Below are positions 1 through 14,330 of a stretch of 64,000 nucleotides of DNA, in pieces. A program made the translations under genes and the position numbers. The notes under the pieces are model-generated. The model saw only the letters and a program-made list of their open reading frames with translations. It ran no database searches and was not told the origin of the DNA. Position 1 is the stretch's first letter. Each line of letters begins with the position of its first letter. Source of the stretch: Eledone cirrhosa (lineage: Eukaryota). The stretch lies in assembly GCA_964016885.1 (NCBI GenBank), contig CAXHJY010000861.1, positions 1-64,000 of the forward strand, written 5' to 3'.

Positions 1-3000
1 ACTTACTACTGACTGACCTATCACACCTAACACACTGGACTACTTACTACTGACTGACCTATCACACCTAACACACTGGACAACTTACTACTGAACTGAA
101 CCTATCACACCTAACACACTGGACAACTTACTGCTGACTGACCTATCACACCTAACACACTGGATTACCTTACTACTGACTGACCTATCACACCTAACAC
201 ACTGGACAACTTACTACTGTGACTGACCTATCACACCTAACACACTGGATTACTTACTACTGACTGACCTATCACACCTAACACACTGGACAACTTACTG
301 CTGACTGACCTATCACACCTAACACACTGGACAACTTACTACTGACTGACCTATCACACCTAACACACTGGACAACTTACTACTGACTGACCTATCACAC
401 CTAACACACTGGACAACTTACTACTGACTGACCTATCACACCTAACACACTGGACAACTTACTACTGACTGACCTATCACACCTAACACACTGGACAACT
501 TACTACTGACTGACCTATCACACCTAAGACACTGGACAACTTACTACTGACTGACCTATCACACCTAACACACTGGATGACTTACTAGCTGACTGACCTA
601 TCACACCTAACACACTGGACAACTTACCACTGACTGACCTATCACACCTAACACACTGGACAACTTACTACTGACTGACCTATCACACTAACACACTGGA
701 CAACTTACTACTGACTGACCTATCACACCTAACACACTGGATGACTTACTACTGACTGACCTATCACACCTAACACACTGGACAACTTACTACTGACTGA
801 CCTATCACACCTAACACACTGGACTACTTACTACTGACTGACCTATCACACCTAACACACTGGACTACTTACTACTGACTGACCTATCACACCTAACACA
901 CTAGGACAACTTACTACTGACTGACCTATCACACCTAACACACTGGACAACTTACTACTGACTGACCTATCACACCTAACACACTGGACAACTTACTGCT
1001 GACTGACCTATCACACCTAACACACTGGATTACTTACTACTGACTGACCTATCACACCTAACACACTGGACAACTTACTGCTGACTGACCTATCACACCT
1101 AACACACTGGACAACTTACTACTGACTGACCTATCACACCTAACACACTGGACAACTTACTACTGACTGACCTATCACACCTAACACACTGGACAACTTA
1201 CTACTGACTGACCTATCACACCTAACACACTGGACAACTTACTACTGACTGACCTATCACACCTAACACACTGGACAACTTTACTACTGACTGACCTATC
1301 ACACCTAACACACTGGATGACTTACTACTGACGTGACCTATCACACCTAACACACTGGATGAATTACTACTGACTGACCTATCACACCTAACACACTGGA
1401 CAACTTACTACTGACTGACCTATCACACCTAACACACTGGATGACACTTACTACTGACTGACCTATCACACCTAACACACTGGACAACTTACTGCTGACT
1501 GACCTATCACACCTAACACACTGGACAACTTACTACTGACTGACCTATCACACCTAACACACTGGACAACTTACTAGCTGACTGACCTATCACACCTAAC
1601 ACACTGGACAACTTACTACTGACTGACCTATCACACCTAACACACTGGACAACTTACTACTGACTGACCTATCACACCTAACACACTGGACAACTTACTG
1701 CTGACTGACCTATCACACCTAACACACTGGACAACTTACTACTGACTGACCTATCACACCTAACACACTGGACAACTTACTACTGACTGACCTATCACAC
1801 CTAACACACTGGACAACTTACTGCTGACTGACCTATCACACCTAACACACTGGACAACTTACTACTGACTGACCTATCACACCTAACACACTGGACAACT
1901 TACTACTGACTGACCTATCACACCTAACACACTGGATTACTTACTACTGACTGACCTATCACACCTAACACACTGGACAACTTACTACTGACTGACCTAT
2001 CACACCTAACACACTGGACAACTTACTACTGACTGACCTATCACACCTAACACACTGGACAACTTACTGCTGACTGACCTATCACACCTAACACACTGGA
2101 CAACTTACTGCTGACTGACCTATCACACCTAACACACTAGACAACTTACTACTGACTGACCTATCACACCTAACACACTGGACAACTTACTCCTGACTGA
2201 CCTATCACACCTAACACACTAGACAACTTACTACTGACTGACCTATCACACCTAACACACTGGACAACTTACTGCTGACTGACCTATCACACCTAACACA
2301 CTGGACAACTTACTGCTGACTGACCTATCACACCTAACACACTGGACAACTTACTACTGACTGACCTATCACACCTAACACACTGGACAACTTACTGCTG
2401 ACTGACCTATCACACCTAACACACTGGACAACTTACTACTGACTGACCTATCACACCTAACACACTGGACAACTTACTGCTGACTGACCTATCACACCTA
2501 ACACACTGGACAACTTACTACTGACTGACCTATCACACCTAACACACTGGACAACTTACTGCTGACTGACCTATCACACCTAACACACTGGACAACTTAC
2601 TACTGACTGACCTATCACACCTAACACACTGGACAACTTACTGCTGACTGACCTATCACACCTAACACACTAGACAACTTACTACTGACTGACCTATCAC
2701 ACCTAACACACTGGACAACTTACTACTGACTGACCTATCACACCTAACACACTGGACAACTTACTACTGACTGACCTATCACACCTAACACACTGGACAA
2801 CTTACTGCTGACTGACCTATCACACCTAACACACTGGACAACTTACTACTGACTGACCTATCACACCTAACACACTGGACAACTTACTGCTGACTGACCT
2901 ATCACACCTAACACACTGGACAACTTACTACTGACTGACCTATCACACCTAACACACTGGACAACTTACTGCTGACTGACCTATCACACCTAACACACTG

Positions 3001-6000
3001 GACAACTTACTGCTGACTGACCTATCACACCTAACACACTGGACAACTTACTACTGACTGACCTATCACACCTAACACACTGGACAACTTACTACTGACT
3101 GACCTATCACACCTAACACACTGGACAACTTACTGCTGACTGACCTATCACACCTAACACACTGGACAACTTACTACTGACTGACCTATCACACCTAACA
3201 CACTGGACAACTTACTGCTGACTGACCTATCACTCCTAACACACTGGACAACTTACTACTGACTGACCTATCACACCTAACACACTGGACAACTTACTAC
3301 TGACTGACCTATCACACCTAACACACTGGACAACTTACTACTGACTGACCTATCACACCTAACACACTGGACAACTTACTACTGACTGACCTATCACACC
3401 TAACACACTGGACAACTTACTACTGACTGACCTATCACACCTAACACACTGGACAACTTACTACTGACTGACCTATCACACCTAACACACTGGACAACTT
3501 ACTACTGACTGACCTATCACACCTAACACACTGGACAACTTACTACTGACTGACCTATCACACCTAACACACTGGACAACTTACTGCTGACTGACCTATC
3601 ACACCTAACACACTGGACAACTTACTACTGACTGACCTATCACACCTAACACACTAGACAACTTACTGCTGACTGACCTATCACACCTAACACACTGGAC
3701 AACTTACTACTGACTGACCTATCACACCTAACACACTGGACAACTTACTGCTGACTGACCTATCACACCTAACACACTGGACAACTTACTACTGACTGAC
3801 CTATCACACCTAACACACTGGACAACTTACTGCTGACTGACCTATCACACCTAACACACTGGACAACTTACTACTGACTGACCTATCACACCTAACACAC
3901 TGGACAACTTACTGCTGACTGACCTATCACACCTAACACACTGGACAACTTACTACTGACTGACCTATCACACCTAACACACTGGACAACTTACTGCTGA
4001 CTGACCTATCACACCTAACACACTAGACAACTTACTACTGACTGACCTATCACACCTAACACACTGGACAACTTACTACTGACTGACCTATCACACCTAA
4101 CACACTGGACAACTTACTGCTGACTGACCTATCACACCTAACACACTAGACAACTTACTACTGACTGACCTATCACACCTAACACACTGGACAACTTACT
4201 ACTGACTGACCTATCACACCTAACACACTAGACAACTTACTACTGACTGACCTATCACACCTAACACACTGGACAACTTACTACTGACTGACCTATCACA
4301 CCTAACACACTGGACAACTTACTGCTGACTGACCTATCACACCTAACACACTAGACAACTTACTACTGACTGACCTATCACACCTAACACACTGGACAAC
4401 TTACTACTGACTGACCTATCACACCTAACACACTGGACAACTTACTGCTGACTGACCTATCACACCTAACACACTAGACAACTTACTACTGACTGACCTA
4501 TCACACCTAACACACTGGACAACTTACTACTGACTGACCTATCACACCTAACACACTGGACAACTTACTGCTGACTGACCTATCACACCTAACACACTGG
4601 ACAACTTACTACTGACTGAGCTATCACACCTAACACACTGGATTACTTACTACTGACTGACCTATCACACCTAACACACTGGATTACTTACTACTGACTG
4701 ACCTATCACACCTAACACACTGGACAACTTACTGCTGACTGACCTATCACACCTAACACACTGGACAACTTACTACTGACTGACCTATCACACCTAACAC
4801 ACTGGACTACTTACTGCTGACTGACCTATCACACCTAACACACTTGACTACTTACTACTGACTGCCCTATCACACCTAACACACTGGACAACTTACTACT
4901 GACTGACCTATCACACCTAACACACTGGACAACTTACTACTGACTGACCTATCACACCTAACACACTGGACAACTTACTACTGACTGACCTATCACACCT
5001 AACACACTGGACAACTTACTACTGACTGACCTATCACACCTAACACACTGGACAACTTACTGCTGACTGACCTATCACACCTAACACACTGGACAACTTA
5101 CTACTGACTGAGCTATCACACCTAACACACTGGATTACTTACTACTGACTGACCTATCACACCTAACACACTGGATTACTTACTACTGACTGACCTATCA
5201 CACCTAACACACTGGACAACTTACTGCTGACTGACCTATCACACCTAACACACTGGACAACTTACTACTGACTGACCTATCACACCTAACACACTGGACA
5301 ACTTACTGCTGACTGACCTATCACACCTAACACACTTGACTACTTACTACTGACTGCCCTATCACACCTAACACACTGGACAACTTACTACTGACTGACC
5401 TATCACACCTAACACACTGGACAACTTACTACTGACTGACCTATCACACCTAACACACTGGACAACTTACTACTGACTGACCTATCACACCTAACACACT
5501 GGATGACTTACTACTGACTGACCTATCACACCTAACACACTGGACAACTTACTACTGACTGACCTATCACACCTAACACACTGGACAACTTACTACTGAC
5601 TGACCTATCACACCTAACACACTGGACAACTTACTACTGACTGACCTATCACACCTAACACACTGGACAACTTACTGCTGACTGACCTATCACACCTAAC
5701 ACACTGGACAACTTACTACTGACTGACCTATCACACCTAACACACTGGACAACTTACTACTGACTGACCTGTCACACCTAACACACTGGATGACTTACTA
5801 CTGACTGACCTATCACACCTAACACACTGGACAACTTACTACTGACTGACCTATCACACCTAACACACTGGACAACTTACTGCTGACTGACCTATCACAC
5901 CTAACACACTGGACAACTTACTACTGACTGACCTATCACACCTAACACACTGGACAACTTACTACTGACTGAACTGACCTAACACACTGGACAACTTACT

Positions 6001-6043
6001 ACTGACTGAACTGACCTAACACACCGGGTGACTTACTACTGAC
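1..6043. repeat. 41-bp tandem satellite (~147 copies; consensus ACTTACTACTGACTGACCTATCACACCTAACACACTGGACA), open at window start
   Basis: Period of 41 read directly (unit starts at 1 and 42; 1981 and 2022). Head-to-tail with no spacers. Units degenerate over the last ~100 bp. Confidence 0.98.
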
Positions 6044-6119
6044 CAGGATATTCAACGATTAGGATCGCAGCCTCCGATAAGAATGACATTGCACCTACAG
6101 TGTGTGTAGGTGGTCTTGT

Positions 6120-6310
6120 GGTCCTGGTGTCCTGAGGTCCTGTGTTTCTGGGGTCCTGATGTCCTGGTTACCTGAGGTCCTGGGGTCCTGAGGTCCTGGG
6201 GTCCTGGGGTCCTGAGGTCCTGAGGTTCTAGGGTCCTGGGGTCCTGAGGTCCTGGGGTAATGGGGTCCTGGGGTAATGGGGTCCTGAAGTCCTGAGGTCC
6301 TGAGTCCTCA
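6120..6310. repeat. Short-period (8-9 bp) GGGTCCTGA/GGTCCTGG minisatellite
   Basis: Visible reiteration of GGTCCTG(A/G)G. Confidence 0.85.
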
Positions 6311-6629
6311 AAAGACCCCTCTACTTGCAAGCTGTTGAAGTATCAACCACTTCCCAATATAGGTTTATATGGGCGGGGGGGGGGGCGACTTCTGGAGTTG
6401 TGGGTTCCCCAAAACAGCCCCTACTTGCAACCTGTCGAAGTATCGGCCGATAATTTTTATAAGTTTGTCATTGAACTAATAGCAGTGGACACATGGTTTT
6501 CTTGGCCTCCGACCTTCATATATACAGCTATTGAGTGCACCACCCACAGGAGTGAACCCCAGAAATTGGGATGGCTATTATCGAGGTATATACCATGGGA
6601 TTTACACCTAGAAAGTTCCCTTCTGAGGC

Positions 6630-7298
6630 CCAAGTCCAGGCAAGGTTGTGGAAGACCAGCAGTCTTCCATATATACCAGTCTCCCATGTACACCAGTCTC
6701 CCATATATACCAGTCTCCCATATATACCAGTCTCCCAAATATACCAGTCTCCCATATGTACCAGTCTCCCATGTACACCAGTCTCCCATATATACCAGTC
6801 TCCCAAATATACCAGTCTCCCATATGTACCAGTCTCCCATGTACACCAGTCTCCCGTGTACACCAGTCTCCCATGTACACCAGTCTCCCATGTACACCAG
6901 TCTCCCATGTATACCAGTCTCCCATATATACCAGTCTCCCATATATACCAGTCTCCCATATGTACCAGTCTCCCATGTACACCAGTCTCCCGTGTACACC
7001 AGTCTCCCATGTACACCAGTCTCCCATGTACACCAGTCTCCCATGTACACCAGTCTCCCATATATACCAGTCTGCCATATATACCAGTCTCCCATGTATA
7101 CCAGTCTCCCCTCTCCACATCACTGATATTGTCCTAGTGAAAAACAATGGCCGATACAGCTTGACACCAGTGATATTGCAACTACTTTCTACAGCTGAGT
7201 AAACTGGAGCAATCTGAAATAAAGTGTCTTACTCAAGGACACAGCACATCGCCGGTCCAGGAATGAAACTTGCAACCCCTAACCAGTAAGCCATGCAC
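6630..7298 (-). mobile_element. tRNA-derived SINE with an internal 17-bp minisatellite expansion
   Basis: 7110-7298 is the reverse complement of the SINE head and core seen at 29416 and 50258. 6630-6670 and 7100-7200 match the unexpanded copy at 38905-39252. Confidence 0.8.
6665..7110. repeat. 17-bp minisatellite ACCAGTCTCCCAT(A/G)TA(T/C), ~26 copies
   Basis: Direct periodicity. Explains the six overlapping repetitive ORFs in the ORF track. Confidence 0.97.
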
Positions 7299-7429
7299 TT
7301 GCACACACACACCGACTCTCTAATATATATATATATAGTCTATTACTCCAAGTATTGAGTATTCTACTAGTTTAAAACTGGTATAATCCTATAGTTCAAG
7401 GAGACAACAGAAGTACAAATATATATATA

Positions 7430-7930
7430 ACCCCGTCACTTCTCGCTTTTTTCCAAACCCACCCATTACTGCTTTTAAGCGCGCCCACAACCTCCGCGAC
7501 CTCCTGGTTCACAGTTCCTTTTCGTCCTCTCCCACAACTCTACCTGCTTCTCATCCTTGTTCAGGTTCCCGCTGCAACACTTGTCCCTTTATTTCCACCC
7601 TCACCACTCTTACAGGCCCTAACAGGTCTTTCCGTATCCGCCATTCCTTCACCTGGACATCCACCCATGTTGTCTATGCCCTCCGGTGTTCCCTTTGTGG
7701 GTCTTTATAATCAGACAAACGGGACGCCGTATGGCGGACCGTTTTGCCGAACATTTGAGGGACATCATACTCGGTTTGGATACTCCTGTTGCCCGTCATT
7801 TCTGTTCTCATGGTCATTCTTCCCTACATGTTTCAGTCCTGGGTGTCCTTTTACATGATCACAGGGACAGAACAAAGTCTGATTCACCACCTTGGGTCCT
7901 ATTCCCCTCTTGGACTCAACTCACCTCCTC
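7430..7930 (+). mobile_element. Penelope-like element fragment, C-terminal GIY-YIG region, decayed
   Basis: Translates as AFKRAHNLRDLLVHS...CSGSRCNTC...TSTHVVYALRCSLCG...(frameshift) QTGRRMADRFAEHLRDI, typical of PLE GIY-YIG linker and endonuclease motifs. Confidence 0.8.
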
Positions 7931-8394
7931 AATTACTCTAATACACCATCCATTATCACACCCCTAGATTCCTATCGCCCTCTCTTGATCATTAGCAGCT
8001 TCTCTTACAACTAATACATGCCGATACACACCCTTATATTAACATACTTTTGCTCATAGCTTCGTACTTACATGCACACACACTCTTTTACTCACATATA
8101 CACACACATTTCTTCTTAGCTTTGTACGGACCAATAATAACACTCACACAAACACACACACACACATGCTTACGCACGTGCTCAAGTATAGTTCTTTTTA
8201 CAAAACAGTTTTTTTCTATTTCAGGTAGACGCGTTTCATCATCCACTTTTCTAAAAAACAAATCATACACAAAACGCCAGCACCAACAGTTTTCCAAGAG
8301 ATGTCATCATGAATGGACCTGTTATTTTTATCTAAAGACATTTTTTCCAATTCCATCCCGCCCGTCCCCTTAATCTGTTTTATTTCTCATTCTT

Positions 8395-8430
8395 TCTTCT
8401 GATGAAGGACTAGCGTCCGAAACGTTAAGA
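8395..8430 (+). ncRNA. Minimal type I hammerhead ribozyme in a Penelope pseudo-LTR (pLTR ~8320-8520)
   Basis: TCTT-CTGATGA-A-GGAC(TAGC)GTCC-GAAAC-GTT-AAGA. Stem I TCTT/AAGA, stem II GGAC/GTCC, palindromic ACGT stem III as in dimerising PLE hammerheads. Confidence 0.8.
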
Positions 8431-8576
8431 CCCTCTTCCTGCTATACCAAGCGTTAACCTAATATATCCCTTCCATATACTGTACCGATTGTGTTGTTAT
8501 TTCTGTTTACCTTTTACATATATATATGTTAGATAATTCCGAAGGAAAAAAGAGTGCTCTATGTATAGAACAGAGC

Positions 8577-9014
8577 TATTTAATTAGAAATTGAACCACA
8601 CAAAATATAACTACTCCATTACCAAAGGTTTCTGGATCACAGACGATAATAATATACGTCTGGATCGGTCGTCAGACAGAGATGTTATAGATAAAAGATA
8701 TGAAATGAGATTTAAAATCTGTTAAAAACATCGGTCGTCAGACAGAGATGTTATAGATAAAAGATATGAAATGAGATTTAAAATCTGTTAAAACCTGTTT
8801 TTAACAGATTTTAAATCTCATTTCATATCTTTTATCTATAACATCTCTGTCTGACGACCGATGTTTTTAACAGATTTTAAATCTCATTTCATATCTTTTA
8901 TCTATAACATCTCTGTCTGACGACCGATCCAGACATATATTATTATCGTCTGTGATCCAGAAACCTTTGGTAATGGAGTAGTTATATTTTGTGTGGTTCA
9001 ATTTCTGATTAAAT
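8577..9014. mobile_element. Near-perfect palindrome (~215-bp arms, centre ~8796): inverted pair of PLE-type pseudo-LTRs
   Basis: The left arm is the reverse complement of the right arm. Each arm has an internal ~64-bp tandem duplication and a hammerhead motif. Flanked by (TA)n. Confidence 0.85.
8911..8978 (+). ncRNA. Hammerhead ribozyme variant (mirror copy on - strand at 8614-8681)
   Basis: CTCTGT-CTGACGA-CC-GATCCAGAC...GTCTG-T-GATC-CA-GAAACC-TTT-GGTA-ATGGAG. Stem I CTCTGT/ATGGAG (two G-U pairs), stem III ACC/GGT, GUA site. Confidence 0.7.
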
Positions 9015-9034
9015 ATATGTATATATATATACAT

Positions 9035-11460
9035 ATGAGGATGTGGACAAATATAATGCAGCCCAACAAAAGGACTGCCAACAACTTCCAGACCTGGAAC
9101 AATGACGTGCCAGCATTGTATGGGCTTCGAAAAGACCATAAAACGAGCAGTGACCCTGTCACAGGACCACCAACACGGCCAGTCTGTGGAGCTAACATTG
9201 CTAGTAACTACAGACTGTCCTACTTCCTCTCCCTGATCATACGCCCCATCATTGAAATGTCCCCAGATATATGTGACAGCACGGAGGACCTCCTCAGCAG
9301 AATCGGCGAGAGTAACCGATCTAGGGACCTAACAAACTGCATAATAGGTAGTATGGATGTTGTGTCCCTGTATCCATCTATTGACGTGGATTTTGCTGTG
9401 GAGAAATGCGTAGAAATGATCAGTGAGAGCAATGTTGAATTCCATGGGATTGATACCAGTGAGCTGGGACTCCTACTTAAACTTACCTATAGTAATAATT
9501 ATCTAGATACATATGGCCTTAGCAACCTGTGCCCTACAAGACCAGCAAGAGGCAGACCATCTACCATTACCTCAATGGCCAAGAAAACCCACACAGATAG
9601 ATGGAACGGGTGGACCAGAGCCATACGGACCCCCGAAAACCACGATGAACTAAAGAAAATGATTGCACATGCAGTGGGGACCAGCATAAAATTAACCCTT
9701 AAGGAACATATGTTCAAATTTAATGGAAAAACATATGCCCAAGAGGAGGGAGCAGCCATTGGTGTTAGCATTGCAGGCAACATAGCTAACCTATTCATGG
9801 TATGGTGGGACAGTAGACTTAAACTTAAACTTAAAGAACAATTAGAAGACCCCTTAACCCTGATAATGTACTCCCGCTACGTTGATGATATAAACATCGT
9901 AGTTAAAACACCCCCACTAGAGAACAGTCAGGAATTAGAGAAAAACACAATGGTAAGCATCCAGCAAATAGCTAACTCCATCCACCAGAGTATTAGAGTT
10001 ACTATAGACTACCCAAGCAAACACCCCCAACCATCGATTACCTGTACTAGACACAGAGCTCTGGTTAGATACCATTAATAACAAAAAACAAATCCTCCAT
10101 TCCCATTATGCCAAACCCATGACTTCCAAATATCTGATCCACCGAAACTCAGCGTTTCGGACCATACCAAAATCAACATACTGATTGCGGATTTGGTACG
10201 GGTGATGAGAAACGTGTCCCGCATATGCAAACCCGAAGAACTAGAGAGACACATACAACACTTCATCCACCGTATGCAGTTCTCTGGTTACAATCAGAGA
10301 GATAAAATCATAGTATATAGAGGAGCCAGAACCAAATGGGAAAAAATGGTAAATAATGACACAAATGGGACCTGCCCCTTGTATAGGAGCAAATTTTGGA
10401 ATAGAATAGAAAGAACTAGGAATAACGCTAATAGAATAAACTCATGGTATGATAGCAATAAATACCAGAGTGTAATGTTCATCGATACAACCCCTAGAGG
10501 TGAATTAGCTTACAAATTTAGAAGGGCCATAGATAAACATAAACTCAATATTAAGATAGTAGAAAGACCAGGTACCTCCATAAAAACACTTATTAGCAAT
10601 ACATACCCTTTTCAAAGACCTCCCTGTATAGATAAGAAATGTATAATCTGTAAATTAAGCCCCAATATTAACTGTAAAACTAGAAATGTAATATATAGCA
10701 TAAGATGTACTGAAGGACAATGTAGAGATAAAAAATATAGTGTACATAGGTGAGACAGCTCGTAGTATAGGGGAACGGATAAATGAACACTGGCGACACC
10801 TTCAAGATAGTAAAGAATCATCTGTACTCTACCAACATGCTAAAATAGAACATAAGGGTAAATTAGAGAGCATAGAAATAAAAATAGAATCTACACACAG
10901 AAAAGACGCACTGTTTAGACAAATCACAGAGGCAATAAACATAAATGAACTCCAACCAAAATTAAATAGAAAAGATGAGTAGAACAGCAACATCACAACT
11001 TACAATTAAGGACAAAATGAAAACACACACGCACATAGAACAAACAACCAACCAGTAACATGTAAATAAACAAATAAATAAACGAATATAAACACACACA
11101 GACACCCGGATGTAACACATGCGCAAACTAAGCAGACAACACACATACAAAAACAAGATGGCGTAGGACAGAACAAAGGAGAGGCACAAAAACAAAGAAA
11201 AGAATCCCAGTCACTGAAGAGGTCACAGAATGTGTGACGAAAGAACTTTGACAATATATAAACAATCATCTGGTTGTGGAACCAACCAACCAACCGGAAA
11301 TTTATAAATTCCTAAATTTATAAATTTATTAAAATAAATTGAAGTGAAACAACTGGTGCGTGTGTTTCTTATTGGCAACATGACCCTCCCAAAGTATAAC
11401 AATATCGGTTTCAACACACGTTTTCAGATAAAGAATCTTGCTAAACAAATTCAGAAACGA
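9035..11460 (+). mobile_element. Penelope-like retroelement (RT plus C-terminal GIY-YIG), 5'-truncated and frameshifted, with 3' pLTR
   Basis: ORF 8993-10078 has LYGLRKDHK, RPVCGA, SMDVVSLYPSID, QEEGAAIG and RYVDD. ORFs 10193-10753 and 10740-10982 have CKTRNVIYSIRC and YIGETARSIGERINEH. Confidence 0.92.
11210..11252 (+). ncRNA. Hammerhead ribozyme in the 3' pLTR of the Penelope element
   Basis: GTCA-CTGAAGA-G-GTCAC(AGAATGT)GTGAC-GAAAG-AA-CTT-TGAC. Stem I GTCA/TGAC, stem II GTCAC/GTGAC. Confidence 0.75.
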
Positions 11461-11461
11461 A

Positions 11462-11493
<32 letters not shown>

Positions 11494-11580
11494 GTAGGAG
11501 GTGAGTTTTATTGTAGTACAATAAAGCAATGCAGATATCGGATAAGAAGCACTCTACAGTTTGTAGGACTGGAGTATACA

Positions 11581-13544
<1,964 letters not shown>

Positions 13545-13779
13545 GTGTATAGTTAAAGAAGGATAGAGACAAGAGTGAGAGGTACGTGGATGCAGTCAGC
13601 AAGTGATACAAATATGAGCTGCTAACTTCAGCAATTTTTACTGTCCTCCATAATCAGTTCCAACAACCAAGAATATTAGATTACTGTTTAACTGACCTCA
13701 GTCCCTCCCCTGGGGATATATATGTGTGTACACATTCACAAACATACACGTAGACACACACACACGTATTTTATATATG

Positions 13780-13875
<96 letters not shown>

Positions 13876-14330
13876 TGTAAAATACATTGTGGTAGTGGTT
13901 GTGGTGGTAATAAATATATATCATCATCTCCGTTTTACATCCGTTCTTCCACGCTAGCATATATATATATATATATAGATAGATATATATATATATACAT
14001 ACTTCCATGTATACGCCCCCCCCCCCCGTGTACATGTATAAGCAGATATACTGTACAGGATTAAGGTCACCTGATGCCCTAAGCACAACTGGTGACCCCC
14101 TTACCCCAGCCATTCAACCTATTGTCTAACAATACATTAAAACATGTTCAATGTGAAATAATAGATTGAAATTTCACTTTCCTTCCATGCCATTCCCTGA
14201 GACAGACCCAATAACTAACAACTAGAATCATATCACACATACTTGCCTTATACAGGGTGGGGCATAATTCCTGTTACAAAGTTTTAAATCAATTTAAAAA
14301 TACATTATGTTGCTAATATAACTAATATAT

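Noticed and set aside
1-6043. 41-bp array (and the 49-bp and 50-bp arrays) as CRISPR
   Set aside because: Units are head-to-tail with no unique spacers, there are no cas genes, and the context is eukaryotic.
6052-6330. PQD-repeat ORF
   Set aside because: Translation of the GGTCCTG minisatellite.
6335-7202. Six overlapping 180-260 aa ORFs as repeat proteins
   Set aside because: Artefact of a stop-free 17-bp minisatellite inside a SINE.
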